A program made the translations under genes and the position numbers. Positions 28,989 to 38,156 of a stretch of 64,000 nucleotides of DNA are shown piece after piece; the first letter of the stretch is position 1, and every line of letters starts with the position of its first letter. The notes beneath the pieces were generated by a model that worked only from the letters and a program-made list of their open reading frames with translations, had not been told where the DNA came from and made no database searches. This DNA is from an uncultured virus (IMG/VR IMGVR_UViG_3300029955_000003) (Duplodnaviria > Heunggongvirae > Uroviricota > Caudoviricetes). The stretch is from the IMG/VR virus record IMGVR_UViG_3300029955_000003. One strand, 5' to 3'.

Positions 28989-29851
28989 TGACTCAAGAAT
29001 TTCCTAATATTAAAAGACCAACTAATCCAATTTCATCTACAAAGAAAAGTGATAAACTTATTAGGAAACCTTTTTCATATGATGCACAGTTTAAAAGATA
29101 TATGATTCAGATATTAGCTATGTTTTCTGGATATCAGGTAAGAACTGGCAATCAACGAGACGGTAAAATAAGATTCCTAGACGTTCCGGTGGTATATGGA
29201 GACATGAGCCGAGTCGGCGGATATCTATTAAATGGCGGTAATGAAAACATTTTGAATACTCTTCCAGTTATGGCAATCACTGATACCGGGTTTAGAAGAA
29301 AACAAGATTGGGTTCAAAATCCAACACACCGAGAAAAATACAGTTATATCGAGCGCAGGAAAGATACCAATGGTAAATTTCTTATTGGTGTTCCGGGAGA
29401 GAAGAAGACTGTAGAACGCTTCATGCCGGTCCCATATGATCTTGCCTTTCAATTATCGATATGGGCACCAAATAATGATCAAGGTTGGCAGTTAGCCGAA
29501 CAGATAGCTCAAATTTTTAACCCACGATTGGAGATATTAGTTTCTAATTCACCGGTAGATTGGGGTGCGGTCAGTTCGGTACTGTTTGAAGGCGAGGTTC
29601 ATAAGGAAAAAGAAATTCCTACCGGTACTGATATTGACCCGGCTTATGTTTTCAATTTAAATTTTTCAACTGAGATATATCTTAGTCCTCCGGTCAAAGT
29701 ATATGAAACAAAATACATATATAACATTCAAATCCCAATAAGAGATTTAGATTATACCTTAGAAATCGATGAGATGATGGAATTAGATAAAGTTGTTATT
29801 AAGGCAACCGACGAAGAAATAATGATTTTTGAACAAGCAACAAAGATTTGA
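28988..29851 (+). CDS. gp15: tail sheath stabiliser / terminator (gp15-like)
   Basis: YDAQFKRY, VPVVYG, MPVPYDL, EQIAQIFNP. Confidence 0.85.
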   Translation: MTQEFPNIKRPTNPISSTKKSDKLIRKPFSYDAQFKRYMIQILAMFSGYQVRTGNQRDGKIRFLDVPVVYGDMSRVGGYLLNGGNENILNTLPVMAITDTGFRRKQDWVQNPTHREKYSYIERRKDTNGKFLIGVPGEKKTVERFMPVPYDLAFQLSIWAPNNDQGWQLAEQIAQIFNPRLEILVSNSPVDWGAVSSVLFEGEVHKEKEIPTGTDIDPAYVFNLNFSTEIYLSPPVKVYETKYIYNIQIPIRDLDYTLEIDEMMELDKVVIKATDEEIMIFEQATKI

Positions 29852-29890
29852 TGTTATTTCGGTCCCAAAGGAAACTGTTTTTTTAGTTCT

Positions 29891-29898
29891 TATAAATA
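29891..29898 (+). promoter_or_regulatory. T4-type late promoter for sheath gene
   Basis: TATAAATA. Confidence 0.8.
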
Positions 29899-29929
29899 AT
29901 ATTACAAGTTAATTTATAAGGATTATAAA

Positions 29930-32290
29930 ATGCCCACATTAAACTCAGCAGGCGTAGCAGCTTTCGTAAATGATGTATCTATCTACGCAAGTCCTAATCC
30001 TACTACAATCCCTTTAGTGGTGTTTGCTACCCGCGCCAACAAAACTGCTCCTGATGGTTCTGGAATTGCAGCAGGTACCGCCGAATCAAATAAGCTACGC
30101 ATTATTACGTCTCAGCGTGAGCTTCTATTATCATATGGAAATCCTGTGTTCGTAACCAGCGATGGTGAGCCGGTACATGGTGATGAAACAAACGAATACG
30201 GTTTGTTTGCTCTTTGGTCCTTTTTAGGAATGAGCAACTTTGCATACGTGATTAGAGCTAATATTGATCTTGGTCAATTAGTTCCGTCAACCCAAGAGCC
30301 GGTATTACCGCCCCCGGATGGAACTTACTGGATTAATCCATCCAAGGTCGTTGGAGGTATTTTCAAATATGATGGCACTAATTGGAGTGCTGTTCCATTT
30401 ACATTATTCACATCAACCCCAACCAACACAATTGGTAATGATGGGGATTTTGGATTTGATTATTCCACACTTAATGGAACAATCCTGTTCAAGAATGGTG
30501 GAAATTGGTTACCGGCAACTAACGCTAATCTCGTGACTGTTTATGGAGCCGGTGCAAGCATCGCAACACAGGGAACCGTTCCGATTGGGGCAGTAGCTAA
30601 TACCTTCTGGTATAAAACCACTTCGTCCAGCGGTGGTAATAATATGAATCTAACCAGATATCGTGCTGTTGATAATGTGTGGGTTACTATTCCGATAATC
30701 AGACAGCCAACAAGCCCGATTCCAAATCAATACACGATTTGGGAAGATATTTCGCAGATTTCTACAACCGGTAATCATCCATTATATATTGGAACTGGGT
30801 TAAATTTTATTCCCCTTCCTATTATCATTCAAAATGTTGCTCCTGTGACTGACCCGGTGCCCGGAACATTATGGTATAATGACACATTTACAGATTTTGC
30901 TCTTTATGTTGAGGGTACTGATTTTGGATATGGCAATCAGTGGGTCCCGATTACAACTACGACTGTTTTAAATCCGACTGCTCAACAAAAAGTTATTTCA
31001 GGTTCACCCCCACAATTCCCTAATCCGGGAGCAATTTGGGTTGATGTGTCAACCCCCGAAAATCTAGACAACTTCCCGGTCATGAAGCAATGGCAGGGTT
31101 CCCAATGGATTGACATTACTAGTTCGATATTAATGACTGATCAGGACCCTAACGCAACTGTGGTTGTCAATGGAACCTATTGGTTAAATCTAGGCGAATC
31201 ACTCACTACTAATACTGTTAAAATATTCACACCGGGGTACACTCCCGTAACCGTGGAAATGGTTGGTGGCTCATATGTTGTAGTTCCTCAGCAAGGTAAT
31301 AATTGGGCACCTGACACGGGTGGATTGTTTGGACGCCAAGCGGTGCGTCAGATGGTTGTTCGTTCTATGCAATCGGCATATAATAGTAATAATGATATTA
31401 GGGATGAGTCGGTTTACTTCCAGCTTATCACTTCTCCCGGATATCCAGAATTATATGATTCGATGCTACAATTGAATACTGATCAGGGTAACACCTCGTT
31501 TATGATATGCGATACTCCGAAATATATGGTTCCAGATGGCATTACCTCAGGACGTAACGTGACAGTTGCTGAATGGGCATCGAATTCTAATAACGTTGTG
31601 TCAACTGGTGAAAGCGGTTTCTCTTCTGCTGGTAGCCCGTATGCTGGTTTCTGGTATCCGTGGGGTATTGCTTCTGATCTATCAGGTAACAACGACTTTG
31701 TTCCGCCTTCTCATGCGGTTCTTAGAATGTTTGCTTACTCAGATCAAATGGCTGCGCCTTGGTTCCCACCAGCAGGATTTACCCGTGGTATGATCGATAG
31801 TTTTCAGTCAGTTGGATATCTTAATAATGATGATGTTTATACTCCTTTAAGATTAATTCGTACTCAGAGAGATTTGTTACAGTTGAATAAAATCAACCCG
31901 TTAGCATATATTCCAAACCGTGGACTTTGTGCATATGGACAGATGACATTCTCTCCAATCTCTTCTGCGATGGATCGTGTCAACGTTGCTAGACTTGTTG
32001 CTAAGATGCAGTATGACTTAAAGCTGCTATTACAGCCGTTCTTGTTCGAACTTAATGACTCGATTACCCGTCGCGCCGCGTTAATCACCACTCAGCGTTA
32101 TCTTGCTGGTCTAACTGCTCTTAGAGCATTATATGATTATGCGGTACAGTGTGATGATAACAACAACACCCCTGCATTAATTGATGAACATCAGTTGTGG
32201 GTGGACGTGGCGATCAAGCCGGAAAAGAGTATTGAATTCATATATGTTCCAATAACTATCCTAAATACTGGTGATAGTTTTCCATTTTAA
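29930..32290 (+). CDS. gp18: contractile tail sheath protein (gp18-like)
   Basis: ITSQRELL, VPPSH, PWFPPAGFTRG, RVNVARL, FLFELND, IKPEKSIEFIYVP. Confidence 0.95.
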   Translation: MPTLNSAGVAAFVNDVSIYASPNPTTIPLVVFATRANKTAPDGSGIAAGTAESNKLRIITSQRELLLSYGNPVFVTSDGEPVHGDETNEYGLFALWSFLGMSNFAYVIRANIDLGQLVPSTQEPVLPPPDGTYWINPSKVVGGIFKYDGTNWSAVPFTLFTSTPTNTIGNDGDFGFDYSTLNGTILFKNGGNWLPATNANLVTVYGAGASIATQGTVPIGAVANTFWYKTTSSSGGNNMNLTRYRAVDNVWVTIPIIRQPTSPIPNQYTIWEDISQISTTGNHPLYIGTGLNFIPLPIIIQNVAPVTDPVPGTLWYNDTFTDFALYVEGTDFGYGNQWVPITTTTVLNPTAQQKVISGSPPQFPNPGAIWVDVSTPENLDNFPVMKQWQGSQWIDITSSILMTDQDPNATVVVNGTYWLNLGESLTTNTVKIFTPGYTPVTVEMVGGSYVVVPQQGNNWAPDTGGLFGRQAVRQMVVRSMQSAYNSNNDIRDESVYFQLITSPGYPELYDSMLQLNTDQGNTSFMICDTPKYMVPDGITSGRNVTVAEWASNSNNVVSTGESGFSSAGSPYAGFWYPWGIASDLSGNNDFVPPSHAVLRMFAYSDQMAAPWFPPAGFTRGMIDSFQSVGYLNNDDVYTPLRLIRTQRDLLQLNKINPLAYIPNRGLCAYGQMTFSPISSAMDRVNVARLVAKMQYDLKLLLQPFLFELNDSITRRAALITTQRYLAGLTALRALYDYAVQCDDNNNTPALIDEHQLWVDVAIKPEKSIEFIYVPITILNTGDSFPF

Positions 32291-32319
32291 TATTATATAA
32301 AAATGATATAATATAATTG

Positions 32320-32353
32320 AATCTCCCAAGAAAATTTCTTGGGAGATTTTTTT
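32320..32353 (+). terminator. terminator after sheath gene
   Basis: AATCTCCCAAGAA...TTCTTGGGAGATTTTTTT. Confidence 0.8.
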
Positions 32354-32487
32354 ATCAGGGGTTGATAAAAATGTGGTTGACACCCGGTTTATTATGTGAT
32401 AGTTTTTTTTATGAAAATTTCATTAGTTACTATAATAGTATAGATTAAAATATGGACAAATCCCACTCCCCAAACTAAATAATACAT

Positions 32488-32973
32488 ATGATTTCATTTT
32501 TGAAACAACATGCAGAAGAAATAGCTAAAATAGTAATAAATCTATTCGAGGTTAAAATATTACCGACCGATTTTGGTACAGGTATGAAAGCTATTGTTCC
32601 TACTGTAGTTATGTTTGATAATAAAAAATATTATATTGAACTTGTAGCGGAACAGAAATTTCCATTTTATCCAAATAATAAAGATAATGGGTTTGACGAT
32701 GACGAGATTCTTGAGTTTTTAGGAATAAAAATCTGTCATATTATCGACGATAGCGGGATATCAAATCCGACCATGCACGGAGAAGTATTTCCCATTGATA
32801 TTCTTTTAGAATTAATTACCGATAAAAAACTAAAAACCACATTATGTAATAAAACAATAGAATTACTAGATGATGCGATGTTAGAAGATCAACATTTGAC
32901 AAAAATTAACGAAATGTGGTTAGAAAGAGCTACAGGGTCTAAAACTCTGGCAAGGAAATACATATATAATTAG
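32488..32973 (+). CDS. hypothetical protein
   Basis: 161 aa; TAAATA 6 nt upstream of ATG. Confidence 0.65.
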   Translation: MISFLKQHAEEIAKIVINLFEVKILPTDFGTGMKAIVPTVVMFDNKKYYIELVAEQKFPFYPNNKDNGFDDDEILEFLGIKICHIIDDSGISNPTMHGEVFPIDILLELITDKKLKTTLCNKTIELLDDAMLEDQHLTKINEMWLERATGSKTLARKYIYN

Positions 32974-32974
32974 T

Positions 32975-33532
32975 ATGCTAGTATTAATAGTTATTGGAGA
33001 TACAGATTTAGAAAAAAACGGTATTGTCTCTGGACAGATGGTAAGTCAATTGTCGAAAGAGGCACGAGAAGATTTCCGTGACACTGTTGATTCTTTAAGA
33101 GGATATAAATTTGATAATATTTTTTGTTCTGACTTAGAAGCAGGGCAGGATTGTGCTCGCATATGGACCAATAGAATCGGTAGTAAAATCTCATTTAGGG
33201 AAGAATTGCGCGAGCGGTGCCTTGGTATTTTTGAGGGAGTTTCTCTGAAAGAGCTTAGAGCTAAATTGTCGCCAAGGCACTATAGATTATGGGAACGTGA
33301 TTATTATGAAACCCCTGAATTTGGAGAATCATTGGATGATCTGGAAGATAAAGTTCGTCCATTCATCGTAAATGAAATGGTTCCTCTAATCGCAACAAAA
33401 AAGAATATTTTGATTATATCCCACCATGATGTTATACGTGTTATGATTGGTATTATTAGAAAAGATTCAGAAGAAGATATTCAAAAAACAAAACTAGAGA
33501 AAAGTACACCGTACTTCTTTTATAATCTTTGA
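32975..33532 (+). CDS. histidine-phosphatase / phosphoglycerate mutase-fold protein lacking RHG
   Basis: FCSDL, ELRERCLGIFEG, GESLDDL, ILIISH; N-terminal VIGDT in place of RHGxT. Confidence 0.75.
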   Translation: MLVLIVIGDTDLEKNGIVSGQMVSQLSKEAREDFRDTVDSLRGYKFDNIFCSDLEAGQDCARIWTNRIGSKISFREELRERCLGIFEGVSLKELRAKLSPRHYRLWERDYYETPEFGESLDDLEDKVRPFIVNEMVPLIATKKNILIISHHDVIRVMIGIIRKDSEEDIQKTKLEKSTPYFFYNL

Positions 33533-33679
33533 TATCCTTCGGTCCCACTATTACTTCTTTTGGAGATGTTGGTAGCATCGTGACCGACAAAATATATTTA
33601 GTTATATAGTATGTTTTTCTTTAATGTAATTAATTTTCCTAAATAATAATATCAACCTCTTTTATAAAGGAGAAGGAAA

Positions 33680-34420
33680 ATTAGTGTAAATTCATTAGCC
33701 AATTTTGGCGTTCCGGGGATGGATGGTAGCCGGAGTCCACAACTTCAACCCATTTTAACATATAAATATCGCGCTCAGTTCTATGATTTCGGTGGAAGTA
33801 CCTCACCTTCCCCTTACGCAATGACGAGACAGATCAAAAAAGTCACTCTGCCTAACATTGAATTTCCAGAAATTAAATTAGCTTCATATGTATCAGTAGT
33901 GTATCTACCCGGTCGTGGACAGTGGAAATCAATGTCTATGACTTTTGCTGACGATATCACGAACAGTGTTCGTGATCTTATTGAAAATCAGGTCGCAAAA
34001 CAACAGAATTTTTATGATCAGACCGTAAGCCGTGCTGGCGAAAACTTCAAATTTGAAATGGATATCGATATTCTTGCCGGTGGTGCTACTGCCGGTTCTT
34101 CTGCTTCTGACCCGAACGTTTTGCGTCGGTATTCATATGCCGGTTGTTACATTGCTGATTTGAATGATGGTGAAATGAACTATGATGAGGAATCACAGGT
34201 AAAGACGATTGATATAACCATAAGATTTGATAATTGTATCGTTTTCGATCAGTCAGGTTCTATGATGGCTACTATGACACAAACTTCAGAAATTGCTTCT
34301 ATGAGCGGGATTAGCTCAACAGGTATTGGAGCATCCGGTAGCACGGGAATTAATATTACTGGCGCATCAGTCAGTACGGATACTTCAAGTGTTGCAGTAT
34401 CTGGTGGATTAACTGGATAA
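33680..34420 (+). CDS. gp19: tail tube protein (gp19-like), probable ATT start
   Basis: QPILTYKYRAQF, VTLPNIEF, W..MSMTFADD, ITIRFDN; in-frame ATT at 33680 after AAGGAGAAGG (track start 33719). Confidence 0.85.
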   Translation: MSVNSLANFGVPGMDGSRSPQLQPILTYKYRAQFYDFGGSTSPSPYAMTRQIKKVTLPNIEFPEIKLASYVSVVYLPGRGQWKSMSMTFADDITNSVRDLIENQVAKQQNFYDQTVSRAGENFKFEMDIDILAGGATAGSSASDPNVLRRYSYAGCYIADLNDGEMNYDEESQVKTIDITIRFDNCIVFDQSGSMMATMTQTSEIASMSGISSTGIGASGSTGINITGASVSTDTSSVAVSGGLTG

Positions 34421-34422
34421 GG

Positions 34423-34448
34423 AAAAGGGCGCTTTAAGCGCCCTTTTT
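34423..34448. terminator. bidirectional intrinsic terminator
   Basis: AAAAGGGCGCT-TTA-AGCGCCCTTTT between convergent genes. Confidence 0.85.
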
Positions 34449-34737
34449 AATTAATAGTACCGAAAATGTTTGACTCGGTTATAATCACATAGTCTATATT
34501 ATTTATTTTCACTTTGGTTCCTGATGCTTTGTGAAACATAACATTGTCTCCAACCACAACATCTAATTGACGATAAGAACCATCATCTTTCAAAAAACCG
34601 GGACCAACTGCAATTACTTCACCTTCAACAATTAGTTCATTAATTGTTTCAGGCATAATGATTCCCTTCAATTTCTTCTCGATATTGGTATTTTTTAACT
34701 TTACCACAACACGATCATTGATTGGGTTTAATGACAT
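34447..34737 (-). CDS. groES: co-chaperonin GroES
   Basis: PINDRVVV, GIIMP, GEVIAVGPG, VGDNVMF. Confidence 0.93.
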   Translation of the reverse strand: MSLNPINDRVVVKLKNTNIEKKLKGIIMPETINELIVEGEVIAVGPGFLKDDGSYRQLDVVVGDNVMFHKASGTKVKINNIDYVIITESNIFGTIN

Positions 34738-34994
34738 TACACAGGCTTCCTTTTAATATATGGTTCTTTCTTTGGCTTGACAGGAGCGACGATAAGGTTC
34801 AATTCAATATACTTATCACGCTGCTTACGTGCCGCTCTCTTAACAGCCTCGGCGCGTTCTCTACGGCGCTTGACGGACGGCTGTTCGTAAAACTCACGCT
34901 TGCGCAATTCTTTAATGATTCCCTCATTAAACATTTTCTTCTTCAGCTTTCTTAAAGCTTGGTTTATATCATTGTTTTTTACAATTACTAGCAT
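34737..34994 (-). CDS. rpsU: 30S ribosomal protein bS21 (phage-encoded)
   Basis: NNDINQALRKLKKK...EGIIKELRKREFYEQPSVKRRR. Confidence 0.93.
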   Translation of the reverse strand: MLVIVKNNDINQALRKLKKKMFNEGIIKELRKREFYEQPSVKRRRERAEAVKRAARKQRDKYIELNLIVAPVKPKKEPYIKRKPV

Positions 34995-35064
34995 TAATTC
35001 CTCTTTAACATGAAATATGACTACCCGTCAGAAAAGTCAAGACATTTATTGAATAAATATTATC

Positions 35065-36309
35065 ATGGTTTCAATTAACGATAACGGATACAGAGGATTT
35101 CCAGCGGTCAACCACGCACAAAATGTGCGTGGTACCGAGACATCAACAGCTACAACAAGAACTTCAATCGTTTATCCACGGATGAAGTTTACTTATTTGG
35201 CAGAATTCGTGATTAATACAAATGCAGTTTCGGCATTTAGAACAGATTTGGGAACTTACCTCACTTCTGGAAGATTATATGCTCCATTGGAGAGTATAGA
35301 ATTACCTAAAGTATCTTTTGAGTTCGAAACGCTCAGATCGTATAATAAGTTTGTTGAATCGCCAACCACTTATAAATTTGAACCATCTTGTATGATTTTT
35401 CAGGATGATAACTCGTCTATGGCAGCAGCATTATGGCTTGAATATCAGAGCTTCTATTTGTATGGTGGTGATCTTGGAATAGAACTTGGAACACCAACAA
35501 ATATTATTAACAATTATGTTAGGCAGGGAAATGATCTAGTTGGTGCTAATGTGAGAGCATCGATGACTACCCGACCGTCATTAGGTGTCACGCCACGGTT
35601 TTCCACAAGTAGGCACTTTTTTAATGAAATCATAATTTATGATTTGGGTGCTGACCCAACAAGTGTTAATGTATATCATTATGTATGTCCGGTGATTACA
35701 AATTTCACGCCTGATGGAATGGACTCACAAAACGGCTCTGACTATAAAAAAATAGTTATGAACTTTAAATATGAGCATATGTATTTTGAAGTTGGACAAA
35801 GTGCAAATGATATCACACAGTGGTTTGATACCGACTTAGGATTAGATGCAGGGGTTTCATTTGCTACTGCGGATGGTCATAGTAATATGGTGGCACAACC
35901 GGGATCAACAAGCAGTGATGTTAGTTATGCCTCAACTGATCCTACCAATTTATCAAGTTATTTCTTTGCAGGTAATACTATTACAGCGGCGGCGGCATCA
36001 GCGCTATCAACAGCGAATGCTTCAACTACAGCGTCAAGTCCAATTGTATCAACTGGTGATCTTTCTGCATCGGCGGCACAAACTGTCGCATCGCCACAAA
36101 TGGCAGCAACGTGGGTTGCTAGTGGGACGGCACCATTAGTAAACGGGGTTCCTACAACAAATACTGGATTGAATAGTATTAATCTTACTACATTACAAAC
36201 TAATCCTCAATTTGTATCATCAGCGGCGGCGCTACAGGCGGATTTAAATAGTATGGGGTTAGGAGTTACCAGTAATCAAACATCCACTGTAGGACCGTCT
36301 GGAAGTTAA
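35065..36309 (+). CDS. tail-tube-fold baseplate/tube initiator (gp48/gp54-like) with Ser/Thr/Ala tail
   Basis: PRMKFTY, IELPKVSF..ETLRSYNK, FQDDN, FKYE motifs as in tube-family proteins. Confidence 0.65.
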   Translation: MVSINDNGYRGFPAVNHAQNVRGTETSTATTRTSIVYPRMKFTYLAEFVINTNAVSAFRTDLGTYLTSGRLYAPLESIELPKVSFEFETLRSYNKFVESPTTYKFEPSCMIFQDDNSSMAAALWLEYQSFYLYGGDLGIELGTPTNIINNYVRQGNDLVGANVRASMTTRPSLGVTPRFSTSRHFFNEIIIYDLGADPTSVNVYHYVCPVITNFTPDGMDSQNGSDYKKIVMNFKYEHMYFEVGQSANDITQWFDTDLGLDAGVSFATADGHSNMVAQPGSTSSDVSYASTDPTNLSSYFFAGNTITAAAASALSTANASTTASSPIVSTGDLSASAAQTVASPQMAATWVASGTAPLVNGVPTTNTGLNSINLTTLQTNPQFVSSAAALQADLNSMGLGVTSNQTSTVGPSGS

Positions 36310-36312
36310 TAA

Positions 36313-36942
36313 ATGGCACGATTTAAAAAACCTACTATATTTGAACCAAGGTTTCCTGAAAAGTGTCTTAATAGTGATGGTTGCGTCAGCCGCAGTAGTT
36401 GGGAAACTGATATGATGCATTATTGCGATGAAACACCAGACGTGTTACAATGGGCATCCGAGCCAGTTAAAATTCCTTATCATGATCCTTTGACCAATAA
36501 ACAAAAAGTATATATTCCAGATTTTCTAATTGTATTGATTAATGCAGCACGGGTTCAGGTCACTAAATTAATAGAAATAAAACCAGCAAAAGAACAATTA
36601 GCTTCTCACGCTAAATCAGCAGCCGATGTGGCATTACAAGCAAGAAATCAAGCCAAGTGGGTTGCAGCATTACAATGGTGTGCCCGTCGAAATATTGAGT
36701 TTGAAGTGATGAATGAAACTAATATTTTCAGTGGTAATGAAAAGGAAATAACAACCACTTACGCGCATAATAATTTAACTTTACCCAATCAAATCAAAAA
36801 AATAGATAAGAAGGTTTTACATCCAAAAGTTTATGCCGATAAATATGGGGATAATAAACCAAATGCTAAAAAAAGATCAAGGACAACAATTACAAAAAAG
36901 GTTGGGCGCGTTTCTAGGGTGAAACGAATTAAATCTATTTGA
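36313..36942 (+). CDS. gp4: head completion nuclease (T4 gp4 / TnsA-like)
   Basis: RSSWE, WASEP..IPY, YIPDF, IEIKP, NQAKW. Confidence 0.9.
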   Translation: MARFKKPTIFEPRFPEKCLNSDGCVSRSSWETDMMHYCDETPDVLQWASEPVKIPYHDPLTNKQKVYIPDFLIVLINAARVQVTKLIEIKPAKEQLASHAKSAADVALQARNQAKWVAALQWCARRNIEFEVMNETNIFSGNEKEITTTYAHNNLTLPNQIKKIDKKVLHPKVYADKYGDNKPNAKKRSRTTITKKVGRVSRVKRIKSI

Positions 36943-36961
36943 TAATTTAGTAAATAAATTT

Positions 36962-37447
36962 ATGGTAAACCCAAAAATTGCAGAAGCTCTCGGAATGGCA
37001 CCCCCACCAGAGCCAGAAAAAACAACACATTTAGTGACAGTATTGCCTAATGAGATAAGCATGATGAATGTTGAAAATTCGGAATTGCCGAATATGGACG
37101 ATGCGAATCAAAAACAATTAGAGGCTGAAAAACAATTAGAAAAAGTCATTGAATTGAGTATGAATCAGGCAGAAACTTTACAAGGTGAGGTTTCGACAAT
37201 AGAACCGAAATACCGAAGCCGAACGGTCGAAGTAGCGAATGATAGTATGAAAATAGCCCTTGAGGCAATCAAACTCAAAATAGATACTCAGTTTAAAACA
37301 AAAGAGACTAGATTGGAAGAATTGAATTATCAACGTAAATCTAAATCGGCGGGCGGTGAGAATAAAGCCAACTCAATCACAAATTTTTATGTTGGTTCTC
37401 GCGAGGAACTGATGAAATTAATGGATGATACCAATCAATCTAAATAA
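36962..37447 (+). CDS. terminase small subunit-like protein
   Basis: Helical, R..EVA motif, C-terminal VGSREELMK; upstream of large terminase. Confidence 0.6.
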   Translation: MVNPKIAEALGMAPPPEPEKTTHLVTVLPNEISMMNVENSELPNMDDANQKQLEAEKQLEKVIELSMNQAETLQGEVSTIEPKYRSRTVEVANDSMKIALEAIKLKIDTQFKTKETRLEELNYQRKSKSAGGENKANSITNFYVGSREELMKLMDDTNQSK

Positions 37448-37464
37448 CTAATTGGAGCCTAATT

Positions 37465-38118
37465 ATGAAGAATTCTTTTCGAAAGATTTTAGCAGAAACA
37501 AAACTTGAATACGAATATGATGTATATACTTGCGATAATAAAGGGTTTGATGCGTTTAGCGTGTCAGGAAGCCAATTAATTAGTTTACGAGTTTATAAGT
37601 TTGATTTTGTTAATTCAGAAATGATGAACAGTCAAAAAGAATTTCCAGAGTATATTGGGCGTAATTTATATCATTACAAGATTTCTTTGGGTTTTCCAGC
37701 CGACCCACGGTTAGTTAAATTTGAGTTAGCTAATATCTTTAATATTTCACAAGATGAAATAAATGTCGTCGCTCTGTTTGATGACTATAAAAAGGTTGAA
37801 GAAGAGCCTAAGGAAACAGACCCTAAAAAAATGGTGGGCACGGGGCGCATTACAGCATTAATGGCTGAATTAAAGAAAGAGCCAGAAAAGCAGTATGAAT
37901 ATAAATTAGATGATGACGATGATTATACCGTGAAAACATCAGTTAAAGAATCTACATGGGCAGTAAAAGTATTAGATACAGATACTTCCGAGAACTGGGT
38001 TCAAAAGGTCAAGGCTGAGAATGATATTCAAGCAAGGAACGTCGCGATCCAAAATATATCTACTCAACAGGGCATTTCTGTAGACAGATTATTTGCTGAA
38101 AACCCAACTATGGCATAA
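37465..38118 (+). CDS. hypothetical late protein
   Basis: 217 aa, SFRKILAETKLEYEY start; late promoter and GGAG SD. Confidence 0.7.
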   Translation: MKNSFRKILAETKLEYEYDVYTCDNKGFDAFSVSGSQLISLRVYKFDFVNSEMMNSQKEFPEYIGRNLYHYKISLGFPADPRLVKFELANIFNISQDEINVVALFDDYKKVEEEPKETDPKKMVGTGRITALMAELKKEPEKQYEYKLDDDDDYTVKTSVKESTWAVKVLDTDTSENWVQKVKAENDIQARNVAIQNISTQQGISVDRLFAENPTMA

Positions 38119-38156
38119 ATTAAAATAGATTTATTTAAATTTATATAAATAGATTT

